NCBI RefSeq assembly: GCF_008831285.2
Contig: NC_045138.2
Location: 39,680,001 to 39,744,000 of the forward strand
DNA length: 64,000 nt
Reading direction: 5' to 3'
From: Nymphaea colorata
Taxonomy: Eukaryota
Positions 12,701-25,700 of this stretch are shown in pieces. The notes beneath the pieces were generated by a model that did not search any database, was not told the DNA's origin, and saw nothing but the letters and a program-made list of their open reading frames with translations. Made by a program: the position numbers and the translations under genes. Within the stretch, counting starts at the first letter, position 1. Each line of letters begins with the position of its first letter.

Positions 12701-13642
12701 CACCTTAGTTTCCAGCAACTTTTAAGCTTCAAAATGAATGCCGAATGGCATCCTTCTGTCCTTTAAGAACGACCAGAAGAATATAGATCTCCTTATGCAT
12801 CACAGTCCAGCACAGTGAACCAGATATCTAGCAGATTCAAAGTTGCTGAACGCTTTCTTTCATAGTATTGCTTTTCCTTCTTGAAGAGAAAAATTATGAA
12901 AGAAATATCTCGTAGAATATTGTAGATAACTGTAGGAATACAGACTGTCTTTCTCTTTCAACTTTTAGGCTTTGCATATTTTCCAAGTCCATGTGTAGGA
13001 ACTACAATGTTATGCTTTCAATTTTTAGACTTTGCATGTTTTCAGGAATTACTAACTGTAAGCTTCTAAGTTCTATGCATAAAACCTTGAAATTTGACTT
13101 GAAAAGTTTTTCCAATTAAATCTGTTGAGTTTCTGCATTATGGAGCTTATTTTCAGCAACAAAGCTCATGACCGTTTTGTGTTTGACATTTTCTTCATTT
13201 CCATTTCTTTACTTTTCATCTGATCTAGAATTTGACTGCCAAACTCATGACTCAAAGTTTTACCCGTTCATCATGTTCATGCCTTTAATTTTCGATATGA
13301 AATGCAAGAATCATGATAAGCTTCATTCGGGTCATATTTTCAGAAAGCAGCTGAAAGGGGTGGCTATGGAGGAGAGAGATACGAACAGCTTGAGTTTCAG
13401 AGAAATGTCATGAAGCAATATCAAATGCTCCGTGATCCTACATGGAAGGTACACACTTTGGGGCAATCTCAATTGCTTTCTGAAGTTGGATTCGTCCATC
13501 TAATCAATATTCTGTCTTTTAGATTATTGATGCATCTCTTCCCATGGAGGATGTGGAGAAGCTACTTAGAGATAATTCACTGGAATGCATTGACGCTTGC
13601 CTAAAAGGGAAGCCCCTTTCCCAACTCTGGTTAAAGGATTAG
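9774..13642 (+). CDS. TMK: Thymidylate (dTMP) kinase with N-terminal organellar presequence
   Basis: Exons 9774-9838, 9945-10292, 11511-11622, 11706-11765, 13344-13448 and 13523-13642. Motifs: P-loop [57 protein letters not shown]. There is an internal in-frame ATG at 10042. The first exon is less certain than the rest. Confidence 0.94.
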
Positions 13643-15144
13643 ATTCTTACAAAGGTAAAAAAGTTGAATCTAGTGGGTATTGGTCGCAAAGTTCAAATTT
13701 GTTAGATGTGCAGGCCATGTCTTTATAGGTCTGCCTTTATGAGGCCGCTCTCTCTCCACCTGTGTGTTAACAAGCAAGGGCACTTCCTAAACATGGAAAA
13801 CAGGTAACCAATTTTTGTTCGTGACAATGTCTTTAAAGAATAAAAGGAAGGACGGGCCTGCTAGTAGTCAGGTTGCGGTGGTGGAGAGAGATAGCTACTG
13901 ACTGAAGCAATTACGTTATGTTGCTTGTGATGCTGTGACTTAACTGGATTGGGTTGAGCATCTAAAGTATGTCTGCTTCATTTGAACTTGAAGAGTGGCC
14001 CATTCAAATAAAATTGTGAAACCTCAGAGCTTCCAGTTTCAAAGTTCTCACTGAGTGGGTTTCTTGTGAAACTACCTGTTCGTTTTAACTATTGTATGTT
14101 TGCTTGCTTAATTCAAGAAGAGATTTCCTGTTTATTGCCATTCCGAAAGTTTGCGAACTAAACAATTGTATTATTTGTTCAAAGTAATTTTCAATTCCGT
14201 GAGGAAAACATTATATTCCACCTATTAGTTTGATGGGCTTAACGTGCCAAGTTCCTCGATAAACTGTTGGAAAACCAGATGCCATGAACAGGTGATTGAG
14301 TTCTTGGCAGAAAAAATGCATCCAGATGTTATTTTCTTTGGATGATTCTGTCGACTCTAAATTCAAACCATGATTATGGATTTTATTTCAAGGAAATTTC
14401 CAAAGCGTTTTTGATACTTGAAAATATCTCTACAAAAATTCGAACCATTTTCAATTGATATCTAAAACGTAAGACGGAAAAAGAAAAGATTCTACATTTC
14501 TCAAATGATACTTCATGCTTACTGGCCCCTCGAGGCAAGCGTGGAAAGAGTGGCAACATGACTTTTGCTTTGGCGGCTGGCAGCTGCACTAAGCAAATAC
14601 TTCTAACCGTCAAGCTTGCAGATGTTTGCTGTAGGACAGAGGATTTCTGGAATATGATAATGCGATCCTTCATATGCTTAACTGTTTTATTAATAGCCCA
14701 ACAACTCAGTTAAATTATCTGTGTTTATCCACTACAATATCCTGTTAAAAACTAAATTTTCAAAGAGAATAGTTACGATCTAACATAAATCTTACTAATT
14801 GATGAGCTGGAAACACTTCCTGAAGATAAAAAGCAAGATGTCTATGTAAAGTTGAATTTTCACCATTACCATGCCTTCTACATGCTCACCATGTGAGGTG
14901 AAACGATAATCCCTTAGTTAAGTGAACAATTTTCACAGGGTACTTAAATTTTGAATTCCTCTGCACTGGTTAATCTTTAAGAAACACATGATTTTTGCTT
15001 TTCTACATCGATCTTGAAACGAGGCCAGCTTGTGGGAAGGAAAGGAGCCTCAAGATCTACCAAACTGGCTCGTTGAAAAAAAAAAAATCTAAAATGTCTT
15101 CAAATTTCATTACAGATATATAATGACACCGTTGTTTATGTCCA

Positions 15145-15146
<2 letters not shown>

Positions 15147-15188
<42 letters not shown>
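15147..15188. repeat. Compound microsatellite (CT)n(AT)n
   Basis: Directly visible run. Confidence 0.95.
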
Positions 15189-16457
15189 ACAAACCGCCCA
15201 GTCAAGACAAACATCCTGTGTCATGGTGAGATTGCTAAGGGTGGATGCAGAGACCTGTTTAACTAGGTCAAAGTAGTTGAAGTAAAGCTAACTTTATTAT
15301 TTTGCACTTAATGTTTTAGGTCTGAAGAGGTATCTTGTTTGACTGCATGAAGATGCCAAGCTATAATTTAATGCAAATAGTTGCAAAAGTTCCCGTTGCA
15401 CTTGCTAGGGCTTGAAGGGCCAAGCCATGAGATGAAGAGTCACAGTTCCACTTTCGTGGCTGCCACTTAATGTTAGAGTTGCACATGGCTTGGTTTTTTC
15501 CACAAGAGTTTCAACATTTTTAGCTACACCAGATTCGGTTCTGATCCGACCATGAATGGAATCAGTATCCGGAATCGGACCCGTTTGCAGCCCTACAGTT
15601 CTTGTCCAAGTGAAAGCTGTTTGATTCTGTTTTTTGAAGTAGAGGAAGTAGACTCAAGGGGCCCTACTGCTGGTCCTCTAGTTGACTGGTATATCGATCC
15701 TCATCTAGGTTCCGAAACAGTCTTGTACTTTACGTGAAGGAAGGAAAGGAGAGGAACTTCGGCCTTTTCAGGGTGTTAGGCTTTGGATTTCCCTTGAAAC
15801 TTGTCCAAAGGAAATGTTGTTTTCTTTTCCTAACAAAACTCTAATGAACATTTCCTTTTCTAACAAATGTAATTAACGTGAATGCTTGTTATAGCGCAAG
15901 CCGGATCCACGTTGTTGTCATGGAATAGTTGTTATACCAAACTTCATTTGTAAACAGATAGTTGTATCTAATATGAATTTGTTATACCAAACTTTGTTTA
16001 ACATGCAAATGTTGCACAAAAAGGTTATAGAAGCGGTGCCATAACCGTGTTATGGCAAATAGTTACACCGAAGGAACCAGTTTTGGGCTGTCACCTTTTT
16101 TGCTGGGGTTGGACCAGACAATCCCTTGACTAACAGTAAGAAAAAGGTCCAATAAATCAATTTTGTGCGGATTGGATCCAAGCCTAGATCTGGGTCAATA
16201 TTAACTCATGTGCTTGGATGCCTAGCAAATTGCCATTGCTAGTTTGAAAATTTTAGCGTGCCTGTCCCATTTCCAGTGTTCAACTCTCGTATTCAAAAGG
16301 GTCCCATACCTGCATGAGTGCATTCCTAGGCTTATAAACAATCGGCTCTGTTCTTACCTCTACTATATTTATGTGCTAAGAATGTAGTTGAGCCTTGAAC
16401 TTTTGAACTCCTTCAACTTGAAGTTACTTAATCTTTTTTTTTTTTTGTTGAACTTTT

Positions 16458-16715
16458 GGGGGCGTTTGATTACTTTGGATTTGAAATCCAGAGACCTGAT
16501 GCGGATATGATGTAGCATGCTTTTGTTGATGTTGCAAAAGACCTATGATAAAATCCATGGTTCATCAAGTTAAGGATCCTAAGTCAGACCAAATATCTAC
16601 ATTTAAGATACCCACTTTACTTCCTTGCATGGAGAAAAGGTCAGATTTAAGATTGGAGGGGAAGGGTATAGTCTTAAATCCATGGTTCTCAAATCTAAGG
16701 CTGTCAAACGTTCCC
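16458..16715. mobile_element. Tourist/PIF-Harbinger-like MITE
   Basis: Terminal inverted repeats GGGGGCGTTTGA ... TCAAACGTTCCC (10/12 match), ~260 bp, non-coding. The 3-bp flanks TTT/TTG are only approximately duplicated. Confidence 0.6.
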
Positions 16716-17772
16716 TTGATGTTCTGCTTAGTTCTTAAGTTTCAGACATTGCCAAACAAATTGTCTTCATCAAACTCAACAAAACATCAGAAGAAAAAGG
16801 AAAGGAAAAAAAAATCCTTTTCCAGGAGTCTGCACCAAGTGACCTTCCACACAAGCCCCATGCCTTAGTTCTATTAGCCTCTACCCTTTCTCAAACCAAG
16901 ACCCAGTTTAGGCACAACAACACAGCTAAGACTTCATGCCACTGACAATCCACTAGTGAAAATACAAGGAAACAGAGATTCCACGGGCTACTCTACCATG
17001 TCTGTGCTTTTCTCTTTGCTGATATACAATACTAGGGACCATTTCTTAACCACTTCACTATTAGAAATGAATCACGAGTGGACTCCATATGCTCCCTTTA
17101 CTCTGATTCATATTGGCAAAAGTTGCAGTTGAGTTTCAGCTTTTTCAGTTTTATCTGTGGGGTCTTAAAAACTTTGATCACAACTGTCAGTCATGGTCCA
17201 CACCCAACATTTTTTGTATCTTCATGAAAACCCACTTTACAGGTCTAAGATTATCAGGTCAGTGCATGTGAAATGTAAGTACAATGAAGAGGAAGCAAAC
17301 CTGGTACATGTATTTATAGTAAATATTAACCAAGGTGGGACAGTTGTTTATTCTTGATGTACTTGCTGTCAATGTTCCTTTTAGAGCAGAGAGTGAATGG
17401 CCTCTTAAAGTGACTGTCTTGTTCTGCTTATTACTCAACTTCTGGGCTTGCTTTATTGCACTAGTGCAGTACTGGGAGACCACTTTCAGCCTCCCTTCAA
17501 AACATTTCTTTTGTCTTGGAACTCACGGCCATTATCATCAAATCACTTTTTCACGCCGTTAATTAAACTGTAATCCCAAGAGCAAAGAGAAGTAATTGTG
17601 CTTCTGTGTCATCTCTCGTCTGCTGGTAAACTTGGCAATGATTCTCCAGCTAGGGTTCCTCTCTCAACTAGAGAATAAGTTGTTGGGAGTTGGAATAGTC
17701 TTGGAAAAGTTAACCCTGGTTGGGGTCGACTCTGAGGTGTTGACTATTGGAAGATTTCACATGGGCCTTGAT

Positions 17773-17925
17773 CAGTGGCGGAGCTAGAAACTTTGGGTTG
17801 TGGGGCGCTCTGTTTAAATTTAGAACTTTAAGGGGCACTCATATATTAGAAAAATATGATGTTTCTACATATAAATAAAGTAAATCTTGTGGGGCCACAT
17901 GTGCTACAACGTAGCTCCATGATTG
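17773..17925. mobile_element. Short hAT-like MITE
   Basis: Ends CAGTGGCGGAGCTA ... TAGCTCCATGATTG are inverted. The 8-bp flanks GCCTTGAT / GATTTGAT match 6/8. Confidence 0.55.
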
Positions 17926-19473
17926 GATTTGATATCTCACTGTAAGGAGCTTGTAAGGACCATGAGGTCTAGGATTCAAAGGAGAGAGAGTCCTGGTAGG
18001 TGAACTTTTTCAACGTTTGAGAGAAAAAGATTTCCAACGTGTTTGGTTAATACCATTAAATGCAGTTTTGGAGACAAAAAGTCGTTTTGCTTTGAAAGAT
18101 AGCATTCCAGGCATGTTTCAGGGACAACTGAAACTGGATTTGTGAAAAGACCCTCCTCAGGTTTTCCACAAAAGCATCGTTGCGGTTTTGTTGCTCAAAC
18201 ACACAAACCAGGTTTCAAAAATTTACCAAAATATATTCCTCCAAAATCCAAATTTCGCAAAAACAACTTTTTTTTTAGAGTGTCATCCAAACATGATATT
18301 CATATTAACACTTCTTGTGATTTGATCAATTATGTTATGGAGTTCGATTAAGGCAAGCCTTGTGCAGGTCACTTGGTGTCTGATCTGAATCATGTCAGAC
18401 CCACATGATTCTGAGCCTGCTCTGAGTTTAGAGCGGGGTTCACCAAACCATTTAGATGCCACAAAAGTCCAAACTTTCCTTTTCTCCAGTTACTGATTCA
18501 TGCAATGCACGTACAGCAAAGAGGAAAAGTCTAACAAATGTTTAGCTACCCAAGAGCTGATAGAGTATTTTATGGGGACAGAAGTCCTCAACCTTCCTAA
18601 ACAGTTTGACAATGGCACTAGAATGATTCACCTGCTGCATCAGCACAAAAAATAGAAGGTCTACTTAAACATCTTACCTAATGTGGAAGAGTTGGAGACT
18701 GGCAGCACCTTTGAATCGCGGTGGAGGACAAAAAGTACGAGAAGTAGTGTCTCGAGACCTTTTCTACCGTCTGTTTCTGTCTCATTCCTGGAAGTGAAAC
18801 AGTTTCCCTAGGGGCGTCTGTATGTTTTACATGTTAAACACCCTACACCATGTTTGAACAAGGTCTGTTTGTCTGAGACAGACCGACCTCAGACGTTCTT
18901 CTCCGCCAATCAAACAACCCATGTTCAAATTTCAGACGCTATGCATCTGCAGAACATCCATGTTGGTTGTATCGGTGCCAGAGCTGTAAAATGTTGCTAG
19001 ATGACATGGTGAATTGAGCCGTATCGGCCGATGACAATCAGAGTCGAATCGGCCTTCTTTTTATTGTTTTATATTTTAAATAATTGAAGTAAGAAAGCTA
19101 GCAAGATTCATAACGGTCTGTCTCGTTTCAATGACGGAACCCGATGCATGACGAATATTTCCACCATGATATTGGACAACTAATCTGATTTTTTTTTTCT
19201 TTTTCAAGGACACGAACAGTTAATTTACTATTGAAAGTAGTTGAACCAATGAAAATGACTAGTTTCAGTCATAAAAAGTACCTAATCCACTGTTGACTGA
19301 CAAGTATTAAGCTGCCACGTTTTGGTACAGTTTACAGAAATCCATTAATTTCATAGTATGTTTTGAATCTTCTTGCTGTGCACTTCTCCTGTAAGCACTG
19401 TTCCAATTTTCAGACTTCAGGCCAAACTCAAAACTTATAGTTGTAGCCTTCTCTCAAGGTTTTCACTGCAGCC

Positions 19474-22273
19474 ATGGAGGCTAGCTCTCTTGTCAGCAGA
19501 AAATGGACACTCTGCATCATTCTGAGCTTTCTTGGTTTCATTCTTCTCGTCTGCTATCTTGATCATGCTAGGAAGCCCATGTTGGTCGATGACTTGCCAG
19601 CGCAGGTCAATAGAATTGCTGCAATAAACAGTAGCTCAACTGGCATTCTACTACAAGGCAGCAAAGCCCGTGGAACAAATCGTGTGCCGGAAAAGTGTGA
19701 TGTCTTCGATGGCCAGTGGGTTTATGATCCCGAGGCATATCCACTGTACTCTTCATCTGATTGCCCATTCCTCAGTGACCAAGTGAGCTGTCAGAACAAT
19801 GGCCGGCCGGATTCCGACTACCAAAGGTGGAGATGGCAAGCTAGAAACTGTAACACTCCCAGGTATGTGCCACTTGAGTTCTGAGAATACGATCAATGCA
19901 ACTGGACTAACAGCTCAGGGTCCTTGCCTATGTCCCTCATATCTTACTAGCACGGTCTGTGAATGATAAGGTTTTGTTTCTTTTCTTTTTTATTTGCCAT
20001 TTCGTAAGTTAAGCTTTGGCATATAAGATAGAAGGTAAACTACAATGCTCTTACTTTTATATTCATGAGTCATAAGACTGCATGAAGCCCACATGAACAT
20101 TTTTGTGGGCTTCTTATTTGGTTATTAGTCCAAAATATCATATGTTATTGCCAATGAAGTGCAGAGCAGCTCTCAATCTGGTCTGATGAGGTGATTTGGA
20201 TGAGTTTCAACAGAAACTCAGACTTGAACATTTTGCGCTTTCAGGGTGGCAGCGAAACCCCTTAAACAGATATCCTCAACCCTATGTTATGCACCTACCG
20301 GTTTTGCTTGTACGAAGAATGAAACCATGGCTACTTGGACAAGAGCCAGAGCCACCCACAATGCCAATGAACGTGTCCTCTATAGTGTGTCAATGAAATA
20401 TTGCCTGCGAAGAAACTTCACTCCATCGCTGACATGACTCTGTTCTTGATAACTGTTTCATGTTGCTGCTGTGATTTTGGGAAACCATACCAAAGATTCA
20501 GTGGAAGAGACATGCTAGAGATGCTTAGAGGGAAGAGGGTGGTGATAGTCGGGGACTCGCTGAACAGGAATCAATGGGAGTCCTTGGCTTGCCTTCTTTA
20601 TTCTCAAATTCCACCAACACGGGCATACATCAGTGTCAAGGATGCCCTCCACAAAGTGTTCAAAGCAAAGGTACGAAATTATGCCTCTCAATTGGACGCC
20701 TTTATCTGGTTTTAACTCAATAAGCGTGCCTCAGGCATAGTGGAGGAAGTGAGGTTTGGTTTTGCATCAGCTTGCACGTGGCCATGTTCGTGAACTTGTT
20801 CACATTGCAGATAGGCAGATTATGACAAACCAACCGTCAGCATAGGGAGGCCTTAAAGGGACATAAAATTCAGTGCTTAACATATACCCACTTTAACGTC
20901 AAGTTCCAAGCTTTGATTGCAAAATCTCCACAACGGGACAAGAAAGTCACATGCTAAATGTGAAAAACTTATTTCATTACATTTTAAATCACAAACATCC
21001 CTTTCAGCAAAGCAGCACAAGCTGGAGATAACTGAATAGAGATCCAGGCACCCGGTGGGTGATGTGCAACAGTACCGGGCATCGCATGTTTCCCTGGCCG
21101 CCTCTTTCTTGTAATTTTCACAAATTCACAAAGGCCACAAGCCAACAGATCTGACCTGTACTCGGAGATGAGCTGGCAGTGTTTTCCTTAACTAACAACA
21201 AGAGCTGCAGAAGAAGCTAAAAAGTTTTATGCACTCTGCAGGACTACAATTGCACTGTAGAGTTCTTTTGGAGTCCATTTCTTGTAGAACTAGAGAACCG
21301 GAAGCAGAGAAAGAAAGTGCTGAAAATACTAAAGCTAGGAACTATTTCAGATGCTGCCAAGCACTGGCCGGGAGCTGATGTTATGGTTTTCAACACAGGC
21401 CACTGGTGGTTGCACAAGGGGAAGCTCAAAGCGTGAGTACGCCACACCATGCCTCAAGTATACAACATGAGTATGCATTACACTGTAATCCTGATTTATG
21501 TCGTTTAGGTCATTGTCAATACATCCTACATAGGCATAGACATCATGCAAGCGTACAAGGGAACACATCTTAGATGAAAAAGATGATCGTGTTTCCAGGT
21601 TCTTTACGTGTACGAAATATACAAAAGCACAGCATACAGATCTAAAATTATAAAATGGGCATTAATAAATACAGTAAATGCTCCGAGCAGGTGGGACTTC
21701 CTAGAGAAAGAAGGAATACTGGTTGAAGACATGGATGTGGAAGACGCGTTCAAGATGGCCATGCAGACATGGGCAAAGTGGATTGATGGCAACGTCAATC
21801 CCTCCAAGACCACAGTATTTTTCAGAAGCATCTCACCTGAACACAAAGGGTACGTAGAAGTTTTTTCCATTACATAAATCTATTGTGCACTGAGATCCTG
21901 ACATAGATCATGAATTGCAACGAAAAATTGCAGTGAGAAGCAATGGTGCTACAACCGAACACAACCTCACATGGATGAATCTAATATCGTGCAATTTACA
22001 CCACCCACAACAGCTTTGATTGAGAAAATCATCGGAGAAGCGAAGATACCTTTGAAATATCTGAACATCACCAGGCTGTCACAGTACCGAGTAGATGCAC
22101 ACACGTCAGTGTACACAGTGAGGCGAGGCAAGCTGTTGACAGACCAACAACGTGGAAAACCAAATATATATGCTGATTGCAGCCATTGGTGCTTACCTGG
22201 ACTCCCTGATACTTGGAATGAAATCTTATACCAAATGTTGATATTACAACAAGACACTGCCGCCTTTTTGTAA
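19474..22273 (+). CDS. TBL: Trichome birefringence-like (TBL/PMR5/DUF231) polysaccharide O-acetyltransferase
   Basis: Exons 19474-19862, 20496-20670, 21242-21432, 21691-21849 and 21934-22273. The product has an N-terminal TM helix, CDVFDGQWV...[17 protein letters not shown], catalytic GDS ([13 protein letters not shown]), FNTGHWW, and the DxxH motif [15 protein letters not shown]. Confidence 0.95.
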
Positions 22274-22799
22274 TAGTATCTCACCAATTGTCAGTAGTAA
22301 ATCATCGTCAGTTTTAACTCGAAGAACGGCAAATACTTCATATACAGATATAGCCGGTATCTGGGATGCTGGTTAATCGTACTAGGCGCCTAAGATGCAC
22401 ATACGGAAACTCAGGTATGCACACGTGTGCATCTAGCGAGAGAGGAAGGGGGGAGGGAGAGAGAGCGAGAGATCACAAACGTAAAATTAGACAAACAACT
22501 TGTGAATTTGACCTGAGGTAAAATGTCAAAGCACATATGTAAGGCATTTCTACGAAACTAAAGCCTGTTACATAAACAGAAATTTACACTAGACGGGTAA
22601 CTTATATATATTGCTTTGTTATAGAGCAACCAACATTTTTTCATTTTTTCTTAATTTCATCAAACCCTTTATTGCCCATATAGACGTATCCATAAACAAG
22701 AAGCAATGCTAACATCATTGCACGTGTGTTTTTAACAACCCAAAATGCCCCATGCAGCAGGACTGACACCTTTTATTTACAGCATCAGCTCCTTGATAT

Positions 22800-25700
22800 T
22801 CAGAGAAACTCCCAATCAGATTCACAGTTGTCAACACTCACAGATCTCCTCATGTGGTTGTCATCGACTAAGTTGATGGGTGAAATGCCCTTACTATGCT
22901 TCGACTCTGAATCAATGTTCACATACCAGTATGCTACCTGCTCATAATCATCATCCTCAGCTGACTGCAAATGTAGCACAAAAGGTTTCTTTATTTCCAA
23001 TCGATGAAGAAAACCACATATGAAAAAGCATGTGACAAAAAGTATACGAACACACATGCTTATATATCGAGAGAACGAAAGGGACAAATAACCTTGTGCA
23101 AGCAAGTTTTATCTGTGGACACTGAAGCAGTATGGACAACTTTGGCACTCCTTTGTGCAAGCCTTTTTCCATTTTCTGAAGCTCTAAAACTCAAGAACTT
23201 CCTGACCCCAGTCTTCTGATTGCACTCAGTGGCTTCATCACCGTCGATACTCGCCGGGATTACAGTAAATTCTGCATGTTTAGCAACATTCTTCATTCAA
23301 TCACCATCTGAAAACTTGAGGAGCCACAACTGTTTTGGCATACTATAAATGCCGGACCAAAGTATATAAAAGTCAAAGCCTTGTGACAGAACAAGTGGAG
23401 CGCTAGTATGTGCATGTATGCTCATCAACATGGCCACCAAATGTCAAGATAGTTATGAGATCCATACAAGGTCAGATTGTTTAAACATCATATGCTATTG
23501 ATGACCGCAGAACCCAACACTGATATATGCGATATAGTGATGTTGTAAGTGAAGATGATCATACTACACTTGTTTCACCCTATTAACTCATTTGCTTCTT
23601 ATGTTTACATTAACTAATACTATAACATTTGCAAGTGAGTATAACAAACGTGAATATACTAACATTTCCATCTAATCATGGGTTTGATCAGCTAATTTCT
23701 ACAGAGCATAGCATAGCATAGCTCATTGTTTGGAAATAATTTGCACACTGCCATTTTGATGTGTTGTCAAGTTAATGCTTACCCATTTCTTTGAGACAGA
23801 TCCAGAAGATTGCAATTTTCCCACAATCAGCTGACCAATTAATTAGACGATTACCACAAAGGAATGCTTGCAAATAAAGCCACACATTTGCAACCTTTGA
23901 TCTTCCAAACAACCTACACCCACCCTCTGTCTTCTACAGGCACCAACAGCAAGTAGAAGCTGGCAGGTGGCACAGGTTCACCAATGTCCAATGTCCATCA
24001 CATGTCAGGTCATGTAGCCTCATTTATATCCACTAGCCTTATCAGATCTCTGCTGAAGGCAAGCCCAGATAAAGAAACAAGTCCACTGATGGTTGACCAA
24101 GTTACTTAGCCCACTATGGTACTCAACACAACCCCACAATTAATTGAAAGAATGTGTTCAGGCAGCACCTCCATAATAGGACATACTATTCTGTTTATTT
24201 CACTACATGTAATGCACCTCATAACATAAAGGTGACACATCTTCTAATGAGATACTTAAAATGTAGCATAATTCTGCTGTCACAATGTCCTCCTTGAAAT
24301 GGCACAAGAATCAAATAGAAAAGTGAAAGACCTCTTTAACGTGGACAAATCAACAGAGAACACAGCCAAGCATGGACAGGAAAACAGAATACATTGTTTG
24401 GCTGGTGTAATGAAAAGTTGCACCACCTGGACTGGACAACGACCTGGGACGCAGATTCAGTTGCAGGCATATTGCATCTAAGAAAACACTAAAAACAAAA
24501 ACTTTTGGGTGCAGAACATGATGAAGCAAGATTTAGTGCTTAGATCCAGATAACATGTTCCATATAAATGTGGAAATGCTATCGGCAGCTACTGCTTCTG
24601 ATTTGTGCTGCACTAGTGCACTTAATTTCTAATATTTAAACTTGAAAAGAACCCAAAAAAAGGCCCACTTTATTGCGGTCCAACAAAACGCTTAAAGCCC
24701 AATTTCACTTGCTTCATACTTAGTACTTTGAATAATTTTCATCTAAGACCCCACTTTACCAATCAAGAACCTTATTGTCTGTCATCACACATTTTTGCCT
24801 TCCACAACTTAAAGCTTGACAAGATCATTGCATAGAAATGGAACCACATGTTTTCAACCTAGATAATCACAAACACCATTTGCGAAATAGTTTACAATGA
24901 CACACATACTTGAGGTGCTTTGATAAACAAATTCACGAAAAATGGTAAAGAGTGCACACATCATGCTTGTCAAACTATCTATCATGTGAAATTTTCTTTC
25001 TAGAAGCAATTTGTTATGAGAAGCACATGCCTCGGGACACTGGAATGGACTCAACAGTCAGGCTCACATTTCCATGTTATATGAAGATACGATCATACAA
25101 CTTCCTGCGAACTGGTGTCGAGAAGCCTAAGATGGCAATGGCTGCCTTGCATCATCTGCACCAGCTTCTAGGCTTACAATGTTGAGATCATGTCAGAAAG
25201 GGATGAGGAACCACAATAAACATCCCAAGGCCGTCCACAAGAATACATGAAGACTTTTAGGACTGGAAGAAACAAAGGAATCTAAAGCTGAAGCTATTAT
25301 AAGAATGTCATCTTATAAGGTCAAGGAGCCCCTTAAACATTTTACACGTAAAATTTTTTAAAATTGTCCCATGGCCCACTAAAATTTGTAATATCAATTG
25401 TCATCCTTAAAAAAAATTGGCACCATCTGCCTTCTTCCTCCTCCTTTTTCCAAAAGACACACTTGCACATGTGTAGGTATGGAAGAATCATCAACACAGT
25501 CATTCTTGAATTAATATTGTCTTAGGTTAGACAAGCAGAAACATAACCACAAATTGAAACTCAGTCCAGCTAGCATAAGGCACAGCTGAGGCAACATGGA
25601 GAACTTAAAACAACATGATGCCTTCAATAAAATTAATGAGCATCAAAACATTACAGTAGCACTAAAAACTTTGAGGTAAACTATTCGAAAATATATGAGA

